Positions 40,973 to 51,274 of a DNA stretch of 64,000 bases are shown here, piece by piece. Origin of the DNA: an uncultured Lachnospiraceae bacterium. Its GTDB lineage: Bacteria > Bacillota > Clostridia > Lachnospirales > Lachnospiraceae. Numbering within the stretch: position 1 is the stretch's first letter; each line of letters starts with the position of its first letter. Below the pieces are notes generated by a model that did not search any database, had not been told where the DNA came from, and worked only from the letters and a program-made list of their open reading frames with translations. Made by a program: the position numbers and the translations under genes. The stretch spans positions 22,600-86,599 of the forward strand of contig CALAWD010000076.1 of assembly GCA_937894905.1 (NCBI GenBank), in the 5' to 3' direction.

Positions 40973-41461
40973 ATGGATAATATAGTTTTGTCACTTCTTG
41001 TAGATAATACATCAGGTGTACTGAGCAGAGTTTCAGGTTTATTCAGCCGCAGAGGTTATAACATAGACAGTGTTACGGTAGGTGTTACAGAGAATCCTGC
41101 ATATTCCAGAATGACTGTAGCAGTCAGCGGAGATAATGCAAGCCTGAGCCAGATCAAGAAACAGCTGAATAAGCTGGAGGACGTTGTAGAGATCGTTGAA
41201 CTGGAACCTGGTAAATCTGTGTGCAGAGAACTTGTTCTCGTCAAGGTAAGAAGTGATAAGGATACCCGACAGGATATCATGTCCATTGCAAATATATTCC
41301 GTGCAAACATCGTTGATGTTTCAAAAGGTTCCATGATCATTGAGTTGACAGGTGCAACCTCGAAGTGTGAAGCATTTCTTGGACTGTTAGATGGATTTGA
41401 GATCATTGAACTGGTTCGTACAGGTCTGACAGGACTGGTACGAGGACAGAGCCAGGATTAA
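40973..41461 (+). CDS. ilvN: Acetolactate synthase small subunit (canonical paralog)
   Basis: VDNTSGVLSRVSGLFSRRGYNIDS, RELVLVKV, ELVRTG. Confidence 0.93.
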   Translation: MDNIVLSLLVDNTSGVLSRVSGLFSRRGYNIDSVTVGVTENPAYSRMTVAVSGDNASLSQIKKQLNKLEDVVEIVELEPGKSVCRELVLVKVRSDKDTRQDIMSIANIFRANIVDVSKGSMIIELTGATSKCEAFLGLLDGFEIIELVRTGLTGLVRGQSQD

Positions 41462-41523
41462 TTCCTGCATGTCATATATAACTATTGATAGATTGATTGC
41501 AATTATGCAGTTGATTATTATAA

Positions 41524-42576
<1,053 letters not shown>

Positions 42577-42612
42577 TCTGAAGTAAATAAATTTATTTCA
42601 TATAATAACAGG

Positions 42613-42650
42613 AGCAGATTTTACGTTTTCGGACGTAAGATCTGCTTTTG
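42613..42650 (+). terminator. Intrinsic terminator after ilvC
   Basis: AGCAGATTTTACGT-TTTCGG-ACGTAAGATCTGCT plus TTT. Confidence 0.8.
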
Positions 42651-42712
42651 TTGTATCCAAAAATGTTTTGTGCTATACTGTTAGCAAAAATGTGAACAGG
42701 GTGGTTGGTTTA

Positions 42713-43210
42713 ATGTTTAATCAGTTAACAGAATCTGACATCAAGAAGATGGAAGAAGAAATCGAATATAGAAAAGTCGTAGTTCGAAAAGAAAAGCTGG
42801 AAGCTGTAAAAGAAGCAAGAGCACAGGGCGACTTGAGTGAGAATTTCGAGTATTATGCAGCAAAGAAGGATAAAAATGCGAATGAAAAGAGAATCCGTTA
42901 TCTGGATCGTATGGTAAGAACAGCTGAGATCATAAAGGATGAATCGGCTGAGGATGAAGTTGGATTAAATAATACGGTTCGTGTTTATTTTGAAGAAGAT
43001 GACGAAGAAGATACCTATCGGATCGTAACGACAGTCAGGGAAGATGTATTGAACGGTATTATCAGTAACATATCTCCAATGGGAAAAGCGCTTCTTGGTC
43101 ATAAAGTCGGAGATCGGGTAGAGGTAGTTCCGGGAAAAGGTGAACCATTCCATATCGTGATACGGGAGATCGTTAAGACAACAGACGAATCGCAGGATCA
43201 TATTCGATAG
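42713..43210 (+). CDS. greA: Transcription elongation factor GreA
   Basis: EARAQGDLSENFEY, ISPMGKALLG. Confidence 0.93.
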   Translation: MFNQLTESDIKKMEEEIEYRKVVVRKEKLEAVKEARAQGDLSENFEYYAAKKDKNANEKRIRYLDRMVRTAEIIKDESAEDEVGLNNTVRVYFEEDDEEDTYRIVTTVREDVLNGIISNISPMGKALLGHKVGDRVEVVPGKGEPFHIVIREIVKTTDESQDHIR

Positions 43211-43252
43211 ACATTGGAAATTTACGGACAGGATAAAGAAGGTGGCAGTCAG

Positions 43253-43861
43253 ATGACATGTTTAGAGGCACAATCAAAGATCATGGCATTCATAGAAAAC
43301 AAACTCCCGGATGATGAGTTGAAGGAGTTTATTAAGCATGTCAAAAACTGTGAAAACTGTTCAGAGGAACTGGAAATCTATTATACCCTGATTGTTGGTA
43401 TGAAAGAATTGGACAATGAAGAAAATCTTTCTACGAACTTTAAAAAGGAACTGGATGATAAGCTGGATGAAGAAATGACACGTATGACAGCCGTTAAACG
43501 AATTGCAACCTCTACGATCGTTCTTGTTCTTGCTGCTATCATAACAGGATTGTTGTGGGTATACAGTGGTGTGCTTGAGAAGGTTTATCACTATGAGCAG
43601 AATGCCAAACAGAAATCACAGACGGAGTATTATTACAGTGACACGTTTGGTGATAAACTGTTGTTTGGAGATAAATATATGATCGATTATCTGGAGGATA
43701 TTTTATATAAAGATGAAGATCTTCCGGGAAACAGTGATAAGAATGTACAGTTTATGGATAAAATAAAGAAATATAACCAGACACACAAAAACTATCTGGA
43801 AGTCGCCGAGGAAACGGCAGAGAAGGACGATTTGGAAAATGAAGAAAATATTATTAATTGA
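43253..43861 (+). CDS. zf-HC2 (anti-sigma-like) membrane protein
   Basis: C...HVKNCENC (HxxxCxxC) followed by one TM helix. Confidence 0.8.
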   Translation: MTCLEAQSKIMAFIENKLPDDELKEFIKHVKNCENCSEELEIYYTLIVGMKELDNEENLSTNFKKELDDKLDEEMTRMTAVKRIATSTIVLVLAAIITGLLWVYSGVLEKVYHYEQNAKQKSQTEYYYSDTFGDKLLFGDKYMIDYLEDILYKDEDLPGNSDKNVQFMDKIKKYNQTHKNYLEVAEETAEKDDLENEENIIN

Positions 43862-46475
43862 TGGACACAGTATATTAAACCGTGCATTCTATGGTCTGCC
43901 GGATCTTACAAACTATGAAGGACTGCATACAAATGCAGTTCTTGGTTTTCTTAATATTATATTTAAGATCATGGATGAGGAGAAGCCGGATCATATGTGC
44001 GTAGCATTTGATGTGCATGAACCGACATTCCGTCATCTGAAATACAGCGCATATAAGGGAACCAGAAAGCCAATGCCGGAGGAACTGCGGGAACAGGTTC
44101 CGCTTATGAAGGAAGTGCTTACTGCCATGCATGTTACAATCGTCGAAAAGGGCGGATATGAAGCAGATGATATTATTGGTACGATATCAAGGATGGCAGA
44201 ACGGGAGGGTTATGCAACGGTTATCGTATCAGGTGACAGAGATCTTTTGCAACTTGCAACTGATACGATCCTTGTACGGATTCCAAAGACAAAAGCAACC
44301 GGAACAACGATAGAGAATTATTATGCGAAGGATGTCGTTGAGGCATATGGCGTTACACCGGTTCAGTTTATAGATATGAAGGGCCTTATGGGCGATACTT
44401 CAGATAATATTCCCGGGGTTCCTGGCATCGGAGAAAAGACAGCTGCAAAACTGATGATCGAATATGGAAGCATGGAGAATATCCTTGACCATCTGGATAC
44501 AGTAAAGCCTCCACGAGTTCAGAAAAATCTTACGGAGAATATGGATCTGGCAGTTATGTCAAAGGATCTTGCAACGATCAAACTCGACTGCGATCTGGAT
44601 GTATCTCTGGATGATATGATGATTGATTCACTATTTAATGATGAAACGTATAAGATATTTAAACGTTTAGGTTTTAACAGTCTGCTAAAAAAGTTTGATA
44701 CAGTGACAGAGACGGCAGAGATTGCTCCGGTTATCACCCTGCTTGAAACATCCGTGCAGATAGACAGTTTCTTTGCTGAAAAGATGAAAGATACAGATAA
44801 GATCGGGCTGTATCCGATCTGGAAGGATGGAACACTGTTTGGATTGTCTGTTGCCATATCAGAGAAGAATATTTATATTTTATCGAATCTGAATGGAATG
44901 GAGCATGACAGACTGATGGAGAAAATAGTATCAGCCACCAGAGACGGTATGCAGGTCGATATTCTGGATTTAAAGGAAGCATTGTCTGTTTTTCCGTTTG
45001 ATGAGAGTGATACAAAAGTACATGATATCGGTGTAGCCGCCTATCTCTTAAATCCAATGGAGGATGTGTATTCTTATGATGCAATCGCAAGAGATTATCT
45101 TGGTGCTACGTTGCCATCGGAAAAAGAATTGATTGGAAAAGATGAGTTGAATCTGTTCTCTTTTGCAAATGAAACTTTTCAGAAGTTATTTGCGTATAAG
45201 GCGTTGATCCCATATCTTGCAGGTGACCTTCTGATGGAACGTCTGGAAAAACAGAAAATGCTTACCCTCTATAAAGAGATCGAAATGCCAACGGTATATA
45301 CACTTTATGATATGGAGCACCGTGGAATCAGGGTTGACCGAAAAGCATTGGACGATTACAGTGTGAAGCTGCAGGGAAGAATTGATGAGCTTCATACTGA
45401 AATCATCGGTTATGCTGGAAAAGAGTTCAATATCAATTCTCCAAAACAGTTGGGGGTTGTTTTATTTGAAGATATGGGGCTTTCCGGTGGCAAGAAGACC
45501 AAGACCGGATACAGCACCAGTGTTGATGTGCTGGAAAAGATAAAGAACGACCATCCGATCATACCGGCGATACTGGAATATCGTCAGCTTACAAAGCTGA
45601 ATTCTACTTATGCGCAGGGATTGACGGCTTATATATCAGAAGATGGCAGAATTCACGGAACGTTTAACCAGACGATCACAGCGACCGGCCGTATCAGTTC
45701 AACTGATCCAAATCTCCAGAATATTCCTATGAAACTGGAGCTTGGCAGACTGATCCGGAAAGCATTTATACCGGAAGATGGATATGTATTTGTAGATGCC
45801 GATTATTCGCAGATCGAGCTTCGTGTACTTGCACATCTGTCAGGGGATCAGGTTATGCAGAATGCCTTTCTTCATCATGTAGATATCCATGCGACAACAG
45901 CTTCCGAGGTATTCGATGTACCGATCGATCAGGTAACATCGTTGCAGAGAAGAAATGCAAAAGCGGTTAACTTCGGTATTGTTTACGGAATCAGCGCATT
46001 TGGATTATCGGAGGATCTTGGAATATCCAGAAAAGAAGCTGCTGATTATATTGAAAAGTATTTTGCAACGTATAAGAATATAAAGTCATTTCTTGACCGT
46101 CAGGTGGAAGAAGCAAAGGCAGATGGTGTTGTACGGACGATGTTTGGCCGTATCCGTCCTGTACCTGAGCTTCGTTCTTCAAACTTCATGACCAGAAGCT
46201 TTGGGGAACGTGTTGCGATGAACTCACCGATTCAGGGTACGGCGGCGGATATCATTAAGATTGCCATGTTCCGTGTAAATATGGAACTGAAAAAACGGGG
46301 GCTGAAATCCCGACTGATCTTACAGATCCATGATGAACTTCTGGTAGAGACTGCAAAGGATGAGATCGATATTGTAAAAGAGATTATGAAAAAAGAAATG
46401 ATGGGCGCAGCCGATATGGCAGTACCACTTGAGATCGGTATCAGTGAAGGAGATAACTGGTATGATGCAAAATAA
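43839..46475 (+). CDS. polA: DNA polymerase I
   Basis: 5'-3' exonuclease domain (LIDG, EADD, GD.SDN); polymerase motifs DYSQIELR, KAVNFGIVYG, QIHDE. Confidence 0.97.
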   Translation: MKKILLIDGHSILNRAFYGLPDLTNYEGLHTNAVLGFLNIIFKIMDEEKPDHMCVAFDVHEPTFRHLKYSAYKGTRKPMPEELREQVPLMKEVLTAMHVTIVEKGGYEADDIIGTISRMAEREGYATVIVSGDRDLLQLATDTILVRIPKTKATGTTIENYYAKDVVEAYGVTPVQFIDMKGLMGDTSDNIPGVPGIGEKTAAKLMIEYGSMENILDHLDTVKPPRVQKNLTENMDLAVMSKDLATIKLDCDLDVSLDDMMIDSLFNDETYKIFKRLGFNSLLKKFDTVTETAEIAPVITLLETSVQIDSFFAEKMKDTDKIGLYPIWKDGTLFGLSVAISEKNIYILSNLNGMEHDRLMEKIVSATRDGMQVDILDLKEALSVFPFDESDTKVHDIGVAAYLLNPMEDVYSYDAIARDYLGATLPSEKELIGKDELNLFSFANETFQKLFAYKALIPYLAGDLLMERLEKQKMLTLYKEIEMPTVYTLYDMEHRGIRVDRKALDDYSVKLQGRIDELHTEIIGYAGKEFNINSPKQLGVVLFEDMGLSGGKKTKTGYSTSVDVLEKIKNDHPIIPAILEYRQLTKLNSTYAQGLTAYISEDGRIHGTFNQTITATGRISSTDPNLQNIPMKLELGRLIRKAFIPEDGYVFVDADYSQIELRVLAHLSGDQVMQNAFLHHVDIHATTASEVFDVPIDQVTSLQRRNAKAVNFGIVYGISAFGLSEDLGISRKEAADYIEKYFATYKNIKSFLDRQVEEAKADGVVRTMFGRIRPVPELRSSNFMTRSFGERVAMNSPIQGTAADIIKIAMFRVNMELKKRGLKSRLILQIHDELLVETAKDEIDIVKEIMKKEMMGAADMAVPLEIGISEGDNWYDAK

Positions 46476-47154
46476 AGATGACATGCTGATCCTTGGACTG
46501 ACCGGTGGTATCGGTTCCGGAAAGACAGCAGTTCTTACGATATTAAAGGATGAATATGGTGCATATATAATAGAAGCAGACCGGCTGGCACATGAGCTGA
46601 TGGAACCCGGAAGAACGGTTTATCAGGGAATTGTTGATGCATTTGGTACAGAGGTTTTAGTGGATGGGGACAAAGATGCATCCGCAGAAGAGAATATATC
46701 AACGGGAAAACGTCCGATCGACAGAAAGAAGCTTGGAGATATCGTATTCCACGATAAAGATAAGCTGGCTTTGTTGAACAGTATCTCACATCCGCTGGTG
46801 AAAGAAGAAATCCTGCGCCAGATCGAGGAACAGAAGAATGCCGGAAGAAAGTTGTTCGTAATTGAAGCTGCTTTGCTGATTCAGGATGGATATAAGAGTA
46901 TCTGTGATAAGATGTGCTATGTCTATGCAGATTTGGATGTCCGGATATCCAGACTCTGCGAATATCGCGGCTTTACCAGAGAACGTGCGCAGGCAGTCAT
47001 CGATTCACAGGAGCCGGAAGCTTTTTATCTGGAAGCCTGTGATTATAAGATCGATAATTCCGGTTCGCTTGAAAATACGAAAAAAGACTTGAAGCACATT
47101 TTAGATGAATGTAGAATATATAGTGTTGTCTGGTGCACAAAACAAGAATCTTAA
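46462..47154 (+). CDS. coaE: Dephospho-CoA kinase
   Basis: [26 protein letters not shown]; follows polA. Confidence 0.93.
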   Translation: MMQNKDDMLILGLTGGIGSGKTAVLTILKDEYGAYIIEADRLAHELMEPGRTVYQGIVDAFGTEVLVDGDKDASAEENISTGKRPIDRKKLGDIVFHDKDKLALLNSISHPLVKEEILRQIEEQKNAGRKLFVIEAALLIQDGYKSICDKMCYVYADLDVRISRLCEYRGFTRERAQAVIDSQEPEAFYLEACDYKIDNSGSLENTKKDLKHILDECRIYSVVWCTKQES

Positions 47155-47273
47155 AGATAAGAAATCAAGAATTAAAGGTTAAAAATCAAAGCAGACGACA
47201 GTATAATGAATTATGTCGTATACGACTGGCATGTGCCGGTTTGAACAAAATAAATAAAGTGAGGATATTTAAT

Positions 47274-48461
47274 ATGAAGGTTTTAGTTATTAACTGTGGC
47301 AGTTCATCATTGAAGTATCAGCTGATCGATTCTGATACAGAAGAACTTCTTGCAAAGGGCTTATGTGAACGTATCGCTGTAGATGGAAGACTTACTCATA
47401 CAACGACAGGAAAAGAGAAATATACAAAGGATCTTCCTATGCCGGATCATAACGCAGCAGTTAGTTATGTATTAGAAGCATTAACAGACAAAGAGACAGG
47501 CGCGATCGCAGATCTGTCCGAGATCGATGCAGTAGGTCACAGAATCGTACATGGCGGTGAGAAATTTGCCAAGTCTGTTGTGATTACAGATGAAGTAATT
47601 GCTGCGATTGAAGAATGTAATGATCTTGCGCCATTACATAATCCAGCAAATCTGATCGGCATTCGTGCATGTCAGAAGCTGATGCCGGGTGTTCCAAATG
47701 TCGGTGTATTTGATACGGCGTTCCATCAGACAATGCCGGACAAGGCATATATCTATGGTATTCCTTATGAATATTATACAGACTATAAGATCAGAAGATA
47801 TGGTTTCCATGGTACAAGCCACAGCTTTGTATCAAAGAGAACAGCAGAGCTTCTTGGAAAGAATATCGAAGATACCAAGATCATCGTATGTCACCTTGGA
47901 AATGGTTCCAGTATTACAGCAGTTAAAGGCGGAAAGTCAGTTGATACGACTATGGGTCTGACACCGCTTGCAGGTGTGATCATGGGAACAAGATCCGGTG
48001 ATATCGATCCAGCCATTATCGAATTCCTTGCAAATAAGACAGGAAAGAATATCGAAGAGATCAATACGATCTTAAATAAGAAGTCCGGTGTCTATGGTCT
48101 GTCCGGTGGATTCAGTGATTTCAGAGATCTCGGCAAAGGTATGGAAGAAGGAAATGACAGATGCCGTCTGGCGCTTGATGTATTTGCATATGGTGTCAAG
48201 AAGTATATCGGTGCATATGCCGCAGCTATGGGCGGTGTAGATGCGATCGCATTTACAGCCGGTATCGGTGAGAACAATCCATATGTCAGAAACCTTGCAA
48301 TGTCAGATATGGAATACATGGGAATCACGATCGATCAGGAAGCAAACAAGGTAATGGGAGATGAAAAGCTGATCTCCACACCGGATTCAAAAGTAAAGGT
48401 ATTTGTCGTTCCTACAAATGAAGAGCTTGCGATCGCAAGAGAGACCGTTGCGTTAGTGTAG
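47274..48461 (+). CDS. ackA: Acetate kinase
   Basis: [35 protein letters not shown]; start ATG 47274 after GAGG. Confidence 0.97.
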   Translation: MKVLVINCGSSSLKYQLIDSDTEELLAKGLCERIAVDGRLTHTTTGKEKYTKDLPMPDHNAAVSYVLEALTDKETGAIADLSEIDAVGHRIVHGGEKFAKSVVITDEVIAAIEECNDLAPLHNPANLIGIRACQKLMPGVPNVGVFDTAFHQTMPDKAYIYGIPYEYYTDYKIRRYGFHGTSHSFVSKRTAELLGKNIEDTKIIVCHLGNGSSITAVKGGKSVDTTMGLTPLAGVIMGTRSGDIDPAIIEFLANKTGKNIEEINTILNKKSGVYGLSGGFSDFRDLGKGMEEGNDRCRLALDVFAYGVKKYIGAYAAAMGGVDAIAFTAGIGENNPYVRNLAMSDMEYMGITIDQEANKVMGDEKLISTPDSKVKVFVVPTNEELAIARETVALV

Positions 48462-48501
48462 TGAAAAAGAAAAATATGGCAAAAAATATGTGATTTTATC
48501 G

Positions 48502-48530
48502 TTGACAAAGGGTATTCAAATATGTATAAT
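48502..48530 (+). promoter_or_regulatory. Consensus sigmaA promoter of the DUF177-rpmF unit
   Basis: TTGACA-17-TATAAT. Confidence 0.85.
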
Positions 48531-48558
48531 AACCAATGTGCGATTTTTAGGAGATATT

Positions 48559-49074
48559 ATGTTAATTGATTTATCAGAGATTTTATCGACAGAAGGACAG
48601 GTAAAAGACTACGATGTTACATCTGAACTGAAGGAATTTTCTTTTAACGGAAATGTATATGTAGTTGATAACGTAAAAGATTTTCATCTTACTGCCAGAA
48701 ATGAAGGTAAGAGAAAAGCAAGTCTTAAGGGCGGCTGTGTTGTTACACTTAAGATGTTATGTGACCGTTGTCTGGATGAAATTACAGAAGATTTTGAAGT
48801 GGACATAGACGAGATGATCGATATGGCTATCTTTGAAACAGATAAAGTTGATGAGATCGAGGAATTAGACTATCTGGAAGATCACATTATTAATATGGAC
48901 ATGCTTTTACAGAAGGAACTAATGACTTTAGTCCCGATGCAGATATTATGCAAAGATGATTGCAAAGGTCTGTGCAAAGTGTGTGGAGCAAATCTGAATC
49001 ATGAAACATGTGATTGTGATGATTTTGTTCCGGATCCAAGATTATCAGTTTTTGCAAACATCTTGAAAGGTTGA
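48559..49074 (+). CDS. DUF177/YceD family protein
   Basis: CDRCL, LC..DCKGLC..CG.NLN..C.C, DPR motifs; precedes rpmF. Confidence 0.9.
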   Translation: MLIDLSEILSTEGQVKDYDVTSELKEFSFNGNVYVVDNVKDFHLTARNEGKRKASLKGGCVVTLKMLCDRCLDEITEDFEVDIDEMIDMAIFETDKVDEIEELDYLEDHIINMDMLLQKELMTLVPMQILCKDDCKGLCKVCGANLNHETCDCDDFVPDPRLSVFANILKG

Positions 49075-49087
49075 GGAGGTGTGATTA

Positions 49088-49270
49088 ATGTCAATTTGTC
49101 CAAAGAATAAGAGTTCAAAGGCCAGAAGAGATAAGCGTAGAGCTAACTGGAAGATGACTGCTCCTGCATTAGTAAAGTGCAGCAAGTGTGGCGAATTAAT
49201 GGTTCCACATAGAGTATGTAAGAATTGTGGTTCATACAACAAGAAAGAGATTATCTCAGTAGGTGAGTAA
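49088..49270 (+). CDS. rpmF: 50S ribosomal protein L32 (Zn-ribbon form)
   Basis: PK.KSSKARRDKRR, CSKC...HRVCKNCG.Y. Confidence 0.97.
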   Translation: MSICPKNKSSKARRDKRRANWKMTAPALVKCSKCGELMVPHRVCKNCGSYNKKEIISVGE

Positions 49271-49275
49271 TTATA

Positions 49276-49314
49276 AATAGAGCTTTCCGAGCGATCGGAA
49301 GGCTTTATTTTTTT
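49276..49314 (+). terminator. Intrinsic terminator after rpmF
   Basis: AAATAGAGCTTTCCGA-GCGA-TCGGAAGGCTTTATTT plus T run. Confidence 0.8.
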
Positions 49315-49383
49315 GCCATTTCATAAGCCGGGTACGACACGCCGGCATGAATGTATTTGGCAATTGCAGCGTTATATCCCCTG

Positions 49384-49412
49384 TTGACTTTAAGAAAGGC
49401 AAAATATATAAT
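49384..49412 (+). promoter_or_regulatory. sigmaA promoter of plsX-rnc-smc-ftsY
   Basis: TTGACT-17-TATAAT. Confidence 0.75.
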
Positions 49413-49424
49413 AACTTTGTGTAT

Positions 49425-49538
49425 TTATACGGTCAGAGCAGAGTCCTATTCCGACAAGCTTCCGGGTTGGTCTGCGTAGGAGTCTGTACTCCGATTCGTA
49501 TAATGAGAAATATGGAAATGCCGGAAAACTTCCGGTAT
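49425..49538 (+). promoter_or_regulatory. Structured 5' leader of the plsX-rnc operon
   Basis: Long imperfect hairpin 49425-49503 plus a small hairpin 49518-49538 before the SD. Confidence 0.6.
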
Positions 49539-49559
49539 AAGAAAGGAAACAGAAATAAG

Positions 49560-50576
49560 ATGAGCGAAGTAACAAGAGTAGTTGTAGATGCCATGGGTGG
49601 AGATTACGCACCGGAGTGGATCATAAGAGGTGCAGTAGAAGCAATCAATGAAGGCGCAAAGGCACAGGTAATACTGACCGGTAAAGAAGATGTAATAAAG
49701 AAGGAACTTGCGAAATATACTTACGATCAGTCAAAGATCGAGGTCGTAAATGCAACAGAGGAGATCACCTGTCATGAAGCACCGGTACAGGCAGTCAGAA
49801 GCAAGAAGGATTCTTCACTGGTGGTTGGTCTGAACATGGTAAAAAACGGAGAAGCTGATGCGATCATTTCAGCCGGAAGTTCAGGTGCGATCCTTGCAGG
49901 AGGACAGTTAGTAGTCGGACGTTCCAAAGGTGTAAAACGTTCACCGCTTGCCCCGCTTCTTCCTACCTCAAAGGGTTATTCCCTTCTGATCGACTGTGGA
50001 GCAAATGTCGATGCCAGACCGGAGCATCTGTTACAGTTTGCAAAGATGGGTTCTATCTATATGGAGAATATCGAACATGTTAAGAATCCAAGAGTTGCGA
50101 TCGTAAACATCGGTGATGAAGAAGAAAAGGGAAATGCTCTTGTAAAAGAGACATATCCGTTATTGAAAGAATGTAAGGATATTAATTTTGTCGGCAGTAT
50201 CGAGGCAAGAGAGATTCCAAACGGTGCAGCGGATGTTATTGTCTGTGAAGCATTTGTCGGAAATGTTATTTTAAAATTATATGAAGGCCTTGCAAAGATG
50301 CTCTTAGGTGAGATCAAGAATACGATCATGTCATCATTTAAGACCAAGATCGGAGGACTTCTGATCAAGAGTTCATTGAATGGATTAAAAGAGCGCTTTA
50401 ATGCGAAGAACAAAGGCGGCGCACCTTTACTTGGCTTAAAGGGCCTTGTCGTAAAGATCCATGGCAATTCTCATAACGAGGAAGTCAAGAGCGCTATTTT
50501 CCAGTGTATTGATTTCAAAGAAAATGGTGTAAATGAAAAGATTGCCGAGAATCTTGGAAAAGAAGTGGCGAAGTAA
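49560..50576 (+). CDS. plsX: Phosphate acyltransferase
   Basis: VDAMGGDYAP, KKDSS, DCGANVD, GN..LK..EG, GAPLLG, HG.S. Confidence 0.96.
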   Translation: MSEVTRVVVDAMGGDYAPEWIIRGAVEAINEGAKAQVILTGKEDVIKKELAKYTYDQSKIEVVNATEEITCHEAPVQAVRSKKDSSLVVGLNMVKNGEADAIISAGSSGAILAGGQLVVGRSKGVKRSPLAPLLPTSKGYSLLIDCGANVDARPEHLLQFAKMGSIYMENIEHVKNPRVAIVNIGDEEEKGNALVKETYPLLKECKDINFVGSIEAREIPNGAADVIVCEAFVGNVILKLYEGLAKMLLGEIKNTIMSSFKTKIGGLLIKSSLNGLKERFNAKNKGGAPLLGLKGLVVKIHGNSHNEEVKSAIFQCIDFKENGVNEKIAENLGKEVAK

Positions 50577-50578
50577 TT

Positions 50579-51271
50579 ATGAATACAGAACGATTTCATA
50601 ATATAGAAACAATTATCGGATATACCTTTCATGATCTGGATTTGCTTGTAACTGCATTAACGCATAAATCCTATGCAAATGAACGCAAGATCAATAAGGT
50701 AGAATCCTATGAACGGTCGGAATTCCTTGGGGATGCGATCCTGGAATTCGTTGTCAGTGAATATCTCTATCAGAATTATCCGGAATATCCGGAAGGAAAA
50801 TTAACAAAGCTCCGTGCGAGTCTGGTGTGTGAATTTACCTTATCCCAGATATCCAAGGAACTGAAGTTTGGACAGTATGTTCTGCTCAGCAAGGGAGAGG
50901 ATCTGACCGGAGGCAGAGACCGGAACTCGATCATGTGTGATCTGTTTGAGGCGGTTCTCGGCGCTATCTATCTGGACGGCGGCTTAGATGAAGCAAAGAA
51001 ATTCGTACACCGGTTCTTACTTGATGATGTAGAGACACATTCGCTGTTTTATGATGCCAAGTCAACCTTGCAGGAGCTTGCACAGAAAGAAGAAAAAACC
51101 CTTACTTATGCCTTGTTAGAGGAGAAGGGACCGGATCATAATAAGTCTTATGTATCCGAGGTGTGCATTAACGGGGAACATGTTGCAACAGGCGAAGGAG
51201 CATCCAGAAAGGCTTCTGAACAGACGGCAGCATATAATGCACTGTTACAAATTAAGAAAAAGCAGGGTTAA
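50579..51271 (+). CDS. rnc: Ribonuclease III
   Basis: ALTHKS, ERSEFLGDA, D.FEA..GA.YLD, dsRBD DAKSTLQE. Confidence 0.96.
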   Translation: MNTERFHNIETIIGYTFHDLDLLVTALTHKSYANERKINKVESYERSEFLGDAILEFVVSEYLYQNYPEYPEGKLTKLRASLVCEFTLSQISKELKFGQYVLLSKGEDLTGGRDRNSIMCDLFEAVLGAIYLDGGLDEAKKFVHRFLLDDVETHSLFYDAKSTLQELAQKEEKTLTYALLEEKGPDHNKSYVSEVCINGEHVATGEGASRKASEQTAAYNALLQIKKKQG

Positions 51272-51274
51272 TAT

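Noticed and set aside
43208..43253. greA stop readthrough into the in-frame zf-HC2 gene
   Set aside because: The downstream gene has its own SD-like GAAGGTGG and ATG 43253 at the expected domain start
47133..47273. N-terminal extensions in the ORF track for ackA (also thiM, plsX, rnhA, scpB, DUF177)
   Set aside because: Longest-ORF artefacts; SD position and homology point to downstream starts
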